A model generated the notes under the pieces. It ran no database searches, was not told the origin of the DNA, and saw only the letters and a list, made by a program, of their open reading frames with translations. A stretch of 64,000 nt of DNA, taken from positions 3,598,001 to 3,662,000 of the forward strand of contig CM075999.1 in assembly GCA_038087875.1 (NCBI GenBank). The letters are read 5' to 3'. The stretch comes from Malacoraja senta (Eukaryota). Numbering within the stretch: the first letter of the stretch is position 1; every line of letters starts with the position of its first letter. Shown here in pieces: positions 12,217-24,751 of the stretch. The translations under genes were made by a program, and so were the position numbers.

Positions 12217-14713
12217 ATGATATTCCCTTACTTTGAACAACACATCGTAGTGTGACTAATGATTGCTATTTCTGTTTCTGAAGCTCTGCCTACTGGAATG
12301 TAGTAAGATAAATTGGGGTCAGAGTGTGATAGATATTTTCCTTGGCGTGCACTTTTATTAATGTATACAGACACTCTGACCAGACTTCCAGGTGCAAAGA
12401 CAACACAATAATTGCTGCTGTTACAATTGACACCCAAATACTGCAAACTGTTGTGCCAGCATTTCAAGGAAACTTTTGGTTAAACAATACATGTAATTTG
12501 TGCAGAAGTCTTCCAACATGAAAATAATTCTAGCTAGATCTTTACTTTTGTATTCACTATCCTTCAGTCTGAGACCTGGAGTGACATTATTAAAATGTGC
12601 TTTGTACATTTGAAGAGCTTTCTGAAATTCAACTTACCGACCCGATGTCTGGAGATTCCTTCTCCTGACTTCTCTCTGGGAATAGATTTCCCTATTTCAG
12701 TTAAATTAGCGACAATTTACCAGATTTAGCCGCGTGGAATAGACCACATTGGTTTCACTTGATTCGTTGAGTTTTCGAGCTGTTCAGCTGTACAGCATGG
12801 AATCAGGCCCTTCGGCCCACCTTCCCATGCCCACCAAGTTGAAATTGAGGGTAGATACAAATGCTGGAGAAACTCAGCGGGCGAGGCAGCATCTATGGAG
12901 CGAAGGAATAGGTGACGTTTTGGGTCGAGACCCTTCTTCAGTATAGAGATTGGGAGGTCACGTGACACCACTTTGTGTTCCATTTAAGGTTCCCAGGTGC
13001 GTTTCCTCATCAAGATGATTCCTAACAAGGTTTTGGCATTGCAGATATATTTGCACATGTACCGTATTTTGTCACTGTTAGTTAGTGCAAGGATAGCGCT
13101 GAGTCAGCAGAAACACAGCCACAGACAATTTCCGACCTTATTCAGAGTCTATGGAGCTGGGACGGATGCAGGTCAATGTAAATCATATTATGAACTTCAC
13201 AGCAAATGGACAGGCGTGACGCTATCTTGCAATTTCATTTTTATTCTCTGCAATAAGATAGCTTTAAAGGTTACACTTTTATTTAGTGCAGTCTTCCTGC
13301 ATTTTCAAAAGGTCTCCGATTAGAGTCTAAACTGAGGTCTCAAAACAGTCTCTGCGGAGCAGAATAGTGTGCAGTCTGCACCATATTAACGGGCATTTAG
13401 TTCCAGTGAGAGGCTGCACGGACTTGGATTGCTTCTTCTCCAACGCCAGAGGTTGAGGGGAGACCTGATAGGTGTATAAAATTATGAGTTCATAACTACA
13501 TAAGTGATTGGAGCAGAATTAGGCCATTCGGCCCATCAGGTCTACTCTGCCATTCAATCATGGCTGATCTATCTCTCCCTCTCAACCCCATTCTCCTGCC
13601 ATCTCCCCATAACCTCTGACACCCGCACTAATCAAAATCTATCCATCTCTGCCTTAAAGATATCCACTGACTTGGCCTCCACAGCCTTCTGCGGCAATGA
13701 ATTCCACAGATTCACCACACTCTGATTAAAGTAATTCCTCCTCATCTTTCTAAAGGTATATCCTGAGGTTATGACCTCTGGTCCTAGACTCTCCCGTGAG
13801 TGGAAACATCCTCTCCACATCCACTAGCCAAGGGGATGTGCGGGCTGAGTGTTTTTACACAGAGATTGGTGGGTGTCTGGAACTCGCTGCCAGGGGTGGT
13901 GGTGGAGGCAGATACGATAGTGGCGTTTAAGAGGCTTTTTGACATGGATATGCAGGATAAAAATGGAAGACCAAGCGTTAAGGGAGTATCTCAGCGGGTC
14001 AGGCAGCATCTGTGGAGAACACGGATAGGTGACGTTTCACAGAGTGCTGGAGTAACTCAGCGGGTCAGGCAGCATCTCTGGAGAAAAGGAATAGGTGATG
14101 TTTTGGGTCGGGACCCTTCTTCAGACTCCTTGGTCAGCATGGCCAAAGTGGGCTGAAGGGCCTGCTTCCATGCTGTGCAGCTCCATAGCTCTACAATATA
14201 ATGGGAAGCTTTAAGCTGCCAGAGAGAGCTGTCAGCACCTTGCAACCTCCCGCCCCAGTCCCGTGGGATGTCTGTTCTTCACTTGTCCGACCTGCCCATC
14301 TGCTCTGGGAAAGTCAATGTTTGGTTAGAGTCATAGAGCTGTACAGCACGGAAACAGGCCCTTCGGCCCACCTAGTCCATACTGGCTAAGTCGGCATATT
14401 GGGCTAGAACTAATTCCATTCGCATTCAATTTACACCATTCTACACCATCCAACCTCCCTCCCCACCTCTCTCTTCCCAGTGCCCCACCTGCAGACATAC
14501 CTATTTCTTCCCCCCCCCCCCCACCCCTTCACCCTTCCCTTCCCCACCTGGCTTCACAATTCTTACTCCTCCCATCCTTATCTCAATGGAATGACAAAGT
14601 TGTAGACTTAATGTTTCAGAAGGAACAGCAGATGTTGGAAAAATCAAAGGTAGACAAAAATGCTGGAGAAACTCAGCGGGTGAGGCAGCATCTATGGAGC
14701 GAAGGAAATAGGT

Positions 14714-14740
14714 GACGTTTCGGGTGGAGACCCTCTTCAG
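14714..14740 (-). ncRNA. Minimal hammerhead ribozyme motif
   Basis: Minus strand reads CTGAAGA-GGGT-CTCC-ACCC-GAAA-CGTC. Confidence 0.6.
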
Positions 14741-15380
14741 ACTCAAGTTGTAGACTTAGTTTAGTTTAGACACACACCTAGGGACAATTTACAATTTTAC
14801 CAAAGCCAATGAACCAAAAACCTGCACGTCTTTGGAGTGTGGGAGGAAACCGGAGCGCCCGGAGAAAACCCACGCAGGTCACGGGGAGAACGTACAAACT
14901 CTGTACAGACAGCACCTGTAGTCGGGATCGAACCTGGGACTCTGGCGCCGTGAGGCAGTAACTCTACCGCTGCGCCACCTTGCCGTACCTTGTACAACCT
15001 TAAGTCCCGATCAAGACCTTTTCCTGCCACTGACCACTCCCACGTTGAAGACAAAGGCGGCTTCACGGTAGCGAGAAGGTACTTCAAAGATATGTTATCA
15101 ACAAAAACTTGATACGGCCTTACTCGTGACAAAACAGCTTGCAGAGAGTATTGTGGCTGTCGTGAGGGAAAACATTAATGACAATATTTCAAAGGAACGC
15201 TCACAGATGTCAAATTTAATAACTAAAGTATTCCGTCTGCCGCCTGATAACTGGGTGATCTTGCATGAAAGACTCCTGTACGTGAGGTAATGCAACTCCA
15301 GCACAATAGGGAGCAGCGAACGGTCTCACTGGGCAGAGACCAGCATTAAAGCACAAAGTGCTGGAGGAACTCAGCAGGTC

Positions 15381-16172
15381 CTTTGGTGGCAAAAACGGGA
15401 AGGCAGACTATTATCTAAATGGTGGCCGATTAGGAAATGGGGAGATGCAGCGAGACCTGGGTGTCATGGTACACCAGTCATTGAAAGTAGGCATGCAGGT
15501 GCAGCAGGCAGTGAAGAAGGCGAATGGTATGTTGGCATTCATAGCAAGAGGATTTGAGTATAGGAGCAGGGAGGTTCTACTGCAGTTGTACAGGGTCTTG
15601 GTGAGACCACACCTGGAGTATTGCATACAGTTTTGGTCTCCAAATCTGAGGAAGGACATTATAGCCATAGAGGGAGTGCAGAGAAGGTTCACCAGACTGA
15701 TTCCTGGGATGTCAGGACTTTCATATGAAGAAAGACTGGATAGACTTGGCTTATACTCGCTAGAATTTAGGAGATTGAGAGGGGATCTTATAGAAACGTA
15801 CAAAATTCTTATGGGGTTGGACAGGCTAGATGCAGGAAGATTGTTCCCGATGTTGGGGAAGTCCAGGACAAGGGGTCACAGCTTAAGGATAAGGGGGAAA
15901 TCCTTTAAGACCGAGATGAGGAAAAACTTTTTCACACAGAGAGTGGTGAATCTGTGGAACTCTCTGCCACAGAGGGTAGTTGAGGCCAGTTCATTGGCTA
16001 TATTTAAGAGGGAATTAGATGTGGCCCTTGTGGCTAAAGGGATCAGGGGGTATGGAGAGAAGGCAGGTATGGGATACTGAGTTGGATGATCAGCCATGAT
16101 CATATTGAATGGCGGAGCAGGCTCGAAGGGCCGAATGGCCTACTCCTGCACCTATTTTCTATGTATCTATGT
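15381..16172 (+). mobile_element. CR1 LINE 3' fragment, young, near-identical to the 27.5-28.3 kb copy
   Basis: 240-aa open frame with RDLGV and [11 protein letters not shown]1 3' UTR. Confidence 0.92.
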
Positions 16173-16734
16173 AGGTCAGGCAGCATCCGTGGACAAACAG
16201 TGCAGTGGGTCAGGACCCTTCTTCAGGCCGATGGAGAGGAGAATGAGGGTGAAAATGGGTGGGGTAAGAGTCGGCAAGTGATAGGTGGGTACTTGTGAGG
16301 AGGGGGGGGGGGGGGTGGTGGAGGGTGGAGGGGGCTTAACTGGCGGATTCACAATTCACACTTATACCAAGCCAATTAACCTACAAACCTGTATGTCTTT
16401 GGAGTTGTGGGAGGAAAGCGAAGATCTTGGAGAAAACCCAAGCAGGTCACGGGGAGAATGTACAAACCCCGTAGTCAGGATCGAACCCAGGTCTCTGGCG
16501 CGTCTGAGGCAGTAGCTCTACCACTGCGCCACCGCGCCACGCTAATTAGATGAATTGGGTAGGGGAGAGGAAGGTTGGAGTACTAGCTGGAGGTGATAAG
16601 TGGAGATGACAATAGGCTCGAGACTGATCTAGTCCCAATCCAAAACATCTATCCATTCCACTCCTGTGACCCACTGAGTTCCTCCAACACTTTGTGCTTC
16701 ACTGAAATATCTAGTATTCATTCTATGAGAATAG

Positions 16735-17292
16735 GAGTTGGGAAGTCACATTGCAGTTGTATTAGACCTTGGGGAGGTCACATTTAGAGTATTGTGTTCT
16801 GTTCTGGGCTGAACTGTTGTCAAGCTGGAAAGGAGCCGCGATGATTTACGAAGATGTTATCAATAATCAACGGTCTGAGCTACAGGGAGAGGTTGAGTAG
16901 ACTGGGACTCTATTCCTTGGAGCGCAGGAGGATGAGGGGTGATCTTATAGACGTGTGTAAAATCATGAGAGGAATAGATCGGGTAGATGCACAGAGTCTC
17001 TTGCCCAGAGTAGGGGAATCGAGGACCAGAGGACATAGGTTTAAGGTGAGGGGGAAAGATTTAATAAGAATCTGAGAGGTAACTTTTTCACACAAAGGGT
17101 GGTGGGTGTATGGAACGAGCTGCCGGAAGAGGTAGTTGAGGCTGGGGACTATTGCAACATTTAAGAAACATTTGGACAGGTACATGGATAGGACAGGTTG
17201 GAGGGATATAGGCCAAACGCAGGCAGGTGAGACTAGTGTAGATTGGACATGTTGGTCAGTATGGGCAAGTTGGGCCAAAGGGCCTGTTTCCA
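16735..17292 (+). mobile_element. CR1 LINE 3' fragment (subfamily with SINE-shared tail)
   Basis: LSYRERLSRLGLYSLERRRMRGDLI translation. Confidence 0.8.
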
Positions 17293-17727
17293 CCAACAAC
17301 TCCAAAGACCTACAGGTTTGTAGGTTAATTGGGTTGGTATAATTGTAAATTGTCCCTGGTGTGTGTAGGATAGTGAATGGGGATCACTGGTTGGCGCAGA
17401 CTCGGTGGGCTGAAGGGCCTGTTTCTGCGCTGTATCTCCAAACTAAACTAAACAATTTAACACTGTTGACTCTTGATCGCACTCGACAACGGATGAATTG
17501 TTACATGTAATTCTGATTTTGATAGATGGTAATATAGATAAGGCGATCACCCCATCTACCCCCCTCATGAGGCTAAAGGGCCGAATGGCCTTCTCCTGTT
17601 CCCCACTTTCTCCCTCCAATAAGAACAGAAAGGCAGCTGGAGAGACTGAAAAAGAAGGGTCTCGACCCAAAATGTCACCCCCATTCCTTCTCTCCAGAGA
17701 TGCTGCCTGTCCTGTTGAGTTACTCCA

Positions 17728-17927
17728 NNNNNNNNNNNNNNNNNNNNNNNNNNNNNNNNNNNNNNNNNNNNNNNNNNNNNNNNNNNNNNNNNNNNNNNNN
17801 NNNNNNNNNNNNNNNNNNNNNNNNNNNNNNNNNNNNNNNNNNNNNNNNNNNNNNNNNNNNNNNNNNNNNNNNNNNNNNNNNNNNNNNNNNNNNNNNNNNN
17901 NNNNNNNNNNNNNNNNNNNNNNNNNNN
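17728..17927. other. Assembly gap (200 N)
   Basis: Run of N; the round size suggests a placeholder length. Confidence 0.99.
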
Positions 17928-17928
17928 C

Positions 17929-18405
17929 TACCTCCTGATTCTGGTGTTCAGCACTCTGATCGCCTACAGGCTGCACAAGAGAACCAAGATCCACTCGGAA
18001 TCTGACAACGCTGCCTTCAAGACCACCAGGATCAGAACTAGGAGGTCTGCCCACATCATGCTGGTGGTCTCCTTTGCTGCCGTGGCCCTGGGTTTGCCCA
18101 GGTTCATCTCCGAGTGCCTGCCCAGCAGCTTGGACGGGCTGAATTACTTTGACTACAGCGTGGTGAGCAGCGTGGTCCCAGACATTCTCTTCATGCTCCA
18201 GTGGTTTAACTCAGCCATCAACTTCTGGCTTTTCTGCTCCGCCTCCTCCGCCTTCCGGCAAGAGTGTTGGACGATCCTCACCTTCACCAACTGCAGGAGG
18301 AAGCCCCCGGCCCGCGTGGCCACTCTGCCCATCAACACCCTGAAGACCGTGTACCGTCTAACCCAACTCAAGACCCAAACTCCACTTCAGCCGCCGAGGA
18401 ACTGA
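17929..18405 (+). CDS. 3' part of an orphan class A GPCR (TM5 end, TM6, TM7, helix 8, C-tail); GPR139/GPR142-like or peptide-receptor-like; 5' part lost in the gap
   Basis: Open from the gap edge (YLLILVFSTLIAYRL); TM6 ...ALGLPRF; TM7 NSAINFWLF (NPxxY variant); SSAFRQE helix 8; GC3-rich codon usage; TGA stop. Confidence 0.8.
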   Translation, partial: YLLILVFSTLIAYRLHKRTKIHSESDNAAFKTTRIRTRRSAHIMLVVSFAAVALGLPRFISECLPSSLDGLNYFDYSVVSSVVPDILFMLQWFNSAINFWLFCSASSAFRQECWTILTFTNCRRKPPARVATLPINTLKTVYRLTQLKTQTPLQPPRN

Positions 18406-19288
18406 GGCCAGTTCACCACCGGCCCACCGTGTCCACACCGACCAGCCATCGCCCATTCACACGGGTTCCACCGGCCCACCGTGTCCACGCCAACCAGCCA
18501 TCGCCCGTTTACACGGGTTCCACATTATCCCACTCTCATCCACTCCCTACACACCAGGGGCAACTTACAGAGGGGCCAATTAACCTACAAACCTGCAAGT
18601 CTTTGGGATGTGGGAGGAAACCGGAGCACCTGGAGGAAACCCACGTGGTCACAGGGAGAACATGCAAACTCCACCCAGACAGCACCCTTGGTCAGGATCA
18701 AAACATTTTGGGTTGAGACCCTTGTTCATAAACATCACCCATTCCTTCTCGTCCAGGATGCTGCCTGTCCTGCTGAGTTACTCCAGCATATTGTGCCTTT
18801 CTTTGGTGTGAAGCAGCACATGCAGTTCCTTCCTATACACTAAACTGAACTAAAGATAGACACAGAGTGCTGGAGTAACTCAGCGGGTCAGGCAGCATCT
18901 GTGGAGAACATGGATAGGTGACGTTTCACAGAGTGCTGGAGTAACTCAGCGGGTCAGGCAGCATTTCTGGAGAACAAGGATGGGTGACGTTTCGGGTCTG
19001 GTTGGGACGCTTCTTCTCCACTTTAGATGAATCACTTGCTTGGAAAATATTGTCTATGACCTGACGATTGTTCCTTTGCTGAAGTTGGCAGCCGACGAGG
19101 GTTTAGAATCTCCCCAACTCCTTTACTGACATCACAAGGTCAAGGTCCAGTTCCAGACGGGGTCTGAGGGCTGTGGGTGTGACTGGGGAGGTCTACAGGT
19201 GACCGCCACACTGGGCAGTCACATTCCCGTTCAGTTTAGTTTATTGTCACGTGTACCGAGGTACAGTGAAAAGCTCTTGTTGCGTGCT

Positions 19289-21138
19289 AACCCTGTTTCA
19301 CTGTGCGAGTTGACCCACGAGTGACCCCGAGTGAAAGACTCGTGGTTGCGTACGAGACTACAAGTTTATGATCCAGAGTTTAACCGAATTCCCACGGGTA
19401 TGTCTAAGTTTGCCGTTTACTTCTCATTTCTGCGATGTACCAAGTTCCTCTCCCGTTAATCTTGAGGCAACAATGTATATCGATCGACGTGTTGAAAAAT
19501 CATCACGTTAAAAAAATGATGTAATGCTTTTTTTTTACATACTATAAAAAGCCTGCCTTGTTTAAATTGGCTCATTTGGAGAAAATGTCTGCAAGAAGGC
19601 TATTGGAGTCCAGGATGGTGATGTTTTTGTTCAAGTGCTGCATGCTGCAGCCCTTTATGTGATGCAAGGACGCTTGTGTAATGAAGGCAGAAGAGAGAGA
19701 GTAAAGAGGAAAATTAAGAAGAGGTCTCAGTGGGTGAAGCCCCCGTTTCAAAGGAGATCTCTCTTGGACAGTATGAAAAGCTGCTTAATGTGCTGTGTGA
19801 AGAGGATAAATCTGCATTTAAAAATGTCATCAGAATTTCACCTGAGCTCTTTAATGAGCTGAAGAATAACTTGTGGATGTGAAATCTCACCTACCTGTTT
19901 CAGTGACAGGCACCCGCAGCCAGTGAATGAAGACACCCCCATCTGTCTCCCCTCCTCTCCCTCCACCCTCTCTCCTCCACCCCCCCCCCCCCATTTGGAA
20001 ATGTCATCCCATCACCCATTCCTTCTCTCCAGAGATGCTGCCTGCCCGCTGAGTTAAAGAGTTCCCACTTGCAGCAGCATAACAGGCCAGTAAACACCAT
20101 ACTCATAGATAATATACTAAACAAAGAAAATATATATTAAAAAATCCAGTATTATTGCAAAAATCCCAAAGTCCTTAGTGCAACCAAGGCAGTTTGTAGT
20201 TCATAGTTTAGTTAGCATTTGTAGCGTTCAACAGCCCGATGGTTGTTGGGAAGAAGCTGTTCTTGAACCTGGAGGTCATGGTTTTCAGATTCTTATACCT
20301 TCTGCTCAGCAGGAATGAAATGAGAGCATGGCCAGGGTAGTGTGGGTCCATGACAATGCTGGCTGCCTTTTTGAGGCAGCACCTCATATAGAACCCTTTG
20401 ATTCAGTAAAGTTCAGTAAAGAGATCGGGAATCTGGCATCATGGCTTGTGAATAAAACCCAGCCTTTAACATCCGCATAATGAAAGAGTTGGTGTTGTCC
20501 TACGGAACAGGGGTGCAGGAGAGGTGAACACAACCCTGTCTTCTTCAACAGCACTGGTAGAGATGGCTTCTGGACGTGACTGGCAAACCTCAGATTAGGC
20601 TGCCATGAAGTGTCATAAAATGTTCTCACGCTGTTCCTCAATACTGGTTTGTCTTAAGGTTGTGAGCTCAGTCCCAAATACACAACATGTATATATAAAC
20701 TTCAAGCAATTTTTTCTTTTCAACCCACTCCGTCACCTTATCAATAACTTGCTTAACTTTGTTAAGCAGAATGTGTCTTTAAAAAGTCTAAGTAACTGAT
20801 ATTTCTGTCCCTGATTATTGTTTCTAAAAAGAGTTCCCACGGTAGACTCACGAGTCACAAAGGTAAACGCACGGGCCACTGCGTTCTTACAACGAGTTGA
20901 AATGTTTCAAATTTTAACCTCAAGAGTACATTTTACTCGTGGAAAAGTTCAAACATGTTTGAACTTTTTCAAGAGTTAACAAGTTTCACGGGTACCTCCC
21001 GTTAGCGCCACGAGTCGCTAAGTTGCGTCCACGAGTTCCGATGTTCCCGCTACGTTAATCGTACGTGATTACCACGAGTTAAATTTGTTTTAAACTCGGG
21101 GTACCTCGTGGGTCAGCTCGCACAATGTAACAGGGGTT
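19289..21138 (+). mobile_element. Decayed PIF/Harbinger DNA transposon with ~45-bp TIRs, TAA target site and transposase N-terminal remnant
   Basis: TIRs at 19289-19332 and 21094-21138; splits the host repeat gttgcgtgcTAA|ccagtcagcgg; remnant WVKP..RR / GQYEKLLNVLCEEDKSAFKNVIRISPELFNEL at 19720-19870. Confidence 0.75.
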
Positions 21139-21329
21139 TAACCAGTCAGCGGAAAGACAATACATTATTACAATCGAGCCGTGCAAAGTGTACAGATACA
21201 GGATAAAGGGAATATCGTGAATAATGTTTAGTGCAGGATACAGTCCAGTAAAGACCCATTGAATGTGTAGGGAGGAGTTGCAGATGTTGGTTTAAACCAA
21301 CGACGCCTACAAAAAGCTGGAGTAACGTT

Positions 21330-22305
21330 TATTTCGAGAGGACTAGAATACAAAAACAGCGCTGTAACGCTGAGGCTCTTTAAGGTGCTGGTCAGGACAC
21401 ATTTGTAGTATTGTGAGCAGTTTTGGGCCCCATATCTGAGGAAGGATGTGCTGGCTCTGGAGAGGGTCCAGAGGAGGTTTACGAGAATGAGTGGGTTAAC
21501 ATATGATGAGCGTTTGGACAGGCTAGATGCAGGAAGATTATTCTCGATGTTGGGGAAGTCCAGAACAAGGGGTCACAGTTTAAGGATAAGGGGGAAGTCT
21601 TTTAGGACCGAGATGAGAAAATCATTTTTTACACAGAGAGTGGTGAATCTGTGGAATTCTCTGCCACAGAAGGTAGTTGAGGCCAGTTCATTGGCTATAT
21701 TTAAGAGGGAGTTAGATGTGGCCCTTGTGGCTAAAGGGATCAGGGGGTATGGAGAGAAAGCAGGTACAGGATACTGAGTTGGATGATCAGCCATGATCAT
21801 ATTGAATGGTGGTGCAGCTAGAAGGGCCGAATGGCCTACTCCTGCACCAATTGTCTATGTTTCTATGTTTCTATGTTTGTCGGCACTGGGCCTGTACTCG
21901 CTGGAGTTTAGAAGAATGAGGGGGGGTGGGGGGGACCTCATTACCGAATAGTGAAAGGCTTGGATAGAGTGGTTGTGGAGAGGATGTTTCCACTAGTGGG
22001 AGAGTCTAGGACCAGAGGGCACAGCCTCAGAATAAAAGATGTTTCTTTAGGATGGAGATGAGGAGGAATTTCTTTAGCCAGAGGGTGGTGAATCTGTGGA
22101 ATTCATTGCCAAAGAAGGCTGTGGAGGCCACAAGTCAATGGATATTTTTAGGGTAGAGATAGATAGATTCTTGATTAATATGAGTGTCAGGGGTTATGGG
22201 GAGAAGGCAGGAGAATGGGGTTAGGAAGGAGAGATACATCAGCCATGATTGAATGGCGGAGTAGACTAGATGGGCCGAGTGGCCTAATTCTGCTCCTATC
22301 ACTTA
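21330..22305 (+). mobile_element. Nested CR1 fragments from two subfamilies
   Basis: CR1 C-terminal translation at 21448-21777; a second CR1 tail continues at 21876-22305. Confidence 0.8.
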
Positions 22306-22924
22306 AGAACTCAGCCCGTCGGCAGCTTCTCTGGAGAGATGGAATGGGTGACGTTTCGGTCTAGACCAGACTTCAGTCTGATTAAAGTTAGTCCGAGGGT
22401 CTCCAATGAGGTAGATAGTGGATAGACACAAAAATCTGGAGTAAACTCAACGGGACAGGCAGCATCTCTGGAGAGATGGAATGGGTGACTTTTGGGGTCG
22501 AGACCCTTCCTCAGACTGGTTAGGGATAAGGGAAACGAGAGATATTTGTTTAAACCAGCATCTGCAGTTCCTGGGAGTGGGTGAGGACCAATCTCTAGTT
22601 GTTGCTGGGATGCTACAGTTTGCTGATACCAGTGGCTGCAGTGTAACTGCAGGGTTACCGCTGACAGCCCAGTGAAGGAACGGCCAGACTGAAGCTAGGC
22701 AGTGGGATTTATAACCAATCCCAGGTGCCATTTGCTTGTCAGGCTACTGTGCCTACAACTAATCTTCGCTCTGCCAGAGATTTTATTAAAGTGTTGCCTG
22801 TGATAGGATTTATTATCTGCGATCACGTTGCACACTGCCAGACGTTAGATGCACGAGTCAGAAGATTACACATCAGAGGCACAGCTTTTTTGTTGGAAGA
22901 GATTTTCCCTGACAAATATAGTTT

Positions 22925-23230
22925 TAGTTTAGTTTAGAGATACAGCGTGCAAACAGGCCCTTCGGCCCTCCGAGTCTGTGCCAAGCAGCACCCCCGCACA
23001 CTCACACTATCCTACACACACTAGGGACAATTTTTTGGCATTTATACCAAGCCACTTAAACTACAAACCTGCACATTTTTGGAGTGTGGGAGGAAACCGA
23101 AGATCTCGGAGAAAACCAATGGAGGTCACGGGAGAAGGTACAAACTCCGTACAGACAGCACCCGTAGTCAGGTTCGAACCCGGGTCTCTGGCGCTGTGAG
23201 GCAGCAACTCTACCGTTGTGCCACTGTGCC
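22925..23230 (-). mobile_element. HE1-like V-SINE
   Basis: Reverse-complement match to 4735-5048. Confidence 0.85.
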
Positions 23231-23774
23231 ATCCAGTTGAGTATAACACAAACATGTCACGTGTCATTTGCCGAGCACACAGCTGAAACTCACCGTGATG
23301 GCTTCTAGGATTTAAAGCTATCTAAGTTCATAAGTTGTGGGAGCAGAATTAGGCCATTCGGCCCATCGAGTCTACTCCACCATTCAATCATGGCTGATCT
23401 ATCTCTCTCCCTCCTAACCCCATTCTCCTGCCTTCTCCCCGTAACCCCTAACACCCGTACTAATCAAGAATCTGTCAATATAGCGATAAAGGAACCCTGC
23501 AGTATTTGCAAGGTTCTGATTGTCTACCGTATCTACGCCTCTTCCCTCAGGTCTCCCCTCGACCTCCAACGCTCCACAGAAAACAATCCAGATGTGTCCG
23601 TGTAGTTGATACCCTATAATCCAGATAGCGTTCTGGTCAATCTCTTCTGCACCCTCTCCAAAGCCTCCACGTCCTTCCTATAAAGGGGCGGCCAGAACGA
23701 CACCCAATACACCAACCGCACCTGACCAAAGTCCCAGAGAGATGCAACATAACCTCCTGGATCTTGTACTAAAT

Positions 23775-24198
23775 TCAGTATAGGAGCAAAGAGGTCCTTC
23801 TGCACTTGTACAGGACCCTAGTGAGACCACACCTGGAGTATTGTGTGCAGTTTTGGTCCCCTAATTTGAGGAAGGACATTCTTGCTATTGAGGGAGTGTA
23901 GTGTAGGTTTACAAGGTTAATTCCCGGGATGGCGGGACTGTCATATGCTGAGAGAATGGAGCGGCTGGACTTGTACACTCTGGAATTTAGAAGGATGAGA
24001 AGGAATCTTATTGAAACAGTTTATTAAGGGTTTGGTCACGCTAGAGGCAGGAAACATGTTCCCGATGTTGGGGAAGTCCAGAACCAGGGGCCACAGTTTA
24101 AGAATAAAGGGTAAGCCATTTAGAACAGAGACGAAGAAACACTTTTTCACTCAAAGGGCCAAATGGCCTACTCCTGCACCTATTGTCTATTGTCTATT
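23775..24198 (+). mobile_element. CR1 LINE fragment
   Basis: gtgagaccacacctggagtattgtgtgcag block shared with the other CR1 copies. Confidence 0.8.
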
Positions 24199-24451
24199 GC
24201 CACGACCGATGAAGGCAAGTGAGCCACACGTCATTACCACTCTATACACTTGTGTTGCCACTTTCAAGGGCCTTTGCTGTTAAAATACTTGCCACTAATT
24301 CGACACTTTCCCATGGTGCTCCAGTTTCCTCCAACACTCAACAATGTGCAGGTAGGTTAACTAGCTGCTGTAGATTGGCCTAATGTGTGGGCCAGGGTGG
24401 GGTGGATCGATGCAAAGTGGGGAGTGTAAAATAGGGTTGGTGTAAATGTTG

Positions 24452-24751
24452 GGCGGCGCAGTGGGGCAGCGGTAGAGTTGCTGCCTCACAGCGCCAGAGA
24501 CCCGGGTTCCATCCTGACTACGGGTGCTGTCTGCACGGAGTTTACACGTTCTCCCCGTGACCCCATGGGTTTTCTCTGAGATCTTCGGTTTCCTCCCACA
24601 CTCCAAAGACGTGCTGGTTTGTAGGTTAATTGGCTTGGTGTAAATGTAAATTGTCCCTAGTGTGTGTAGGATAGTGTTAGTGTGCGGGGGTTGCTGGTCG
24701 GTGCGGACTCAGTGGGCCGAAGGGCTTGGTATCTCTAAACTAAACTAAACT
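24452..24751 (+). mobile_element. HE1-like V-SINE
   Basis: Co-linear with 4735-5048. Confidence 0.85.

Noticed and set aside
15072..15290. Stop-free + strand frame of about 73 codons as an upstream GPCR exon
   Set aside because: No transmembrane character or recognisable motif, and no convincing exon structure
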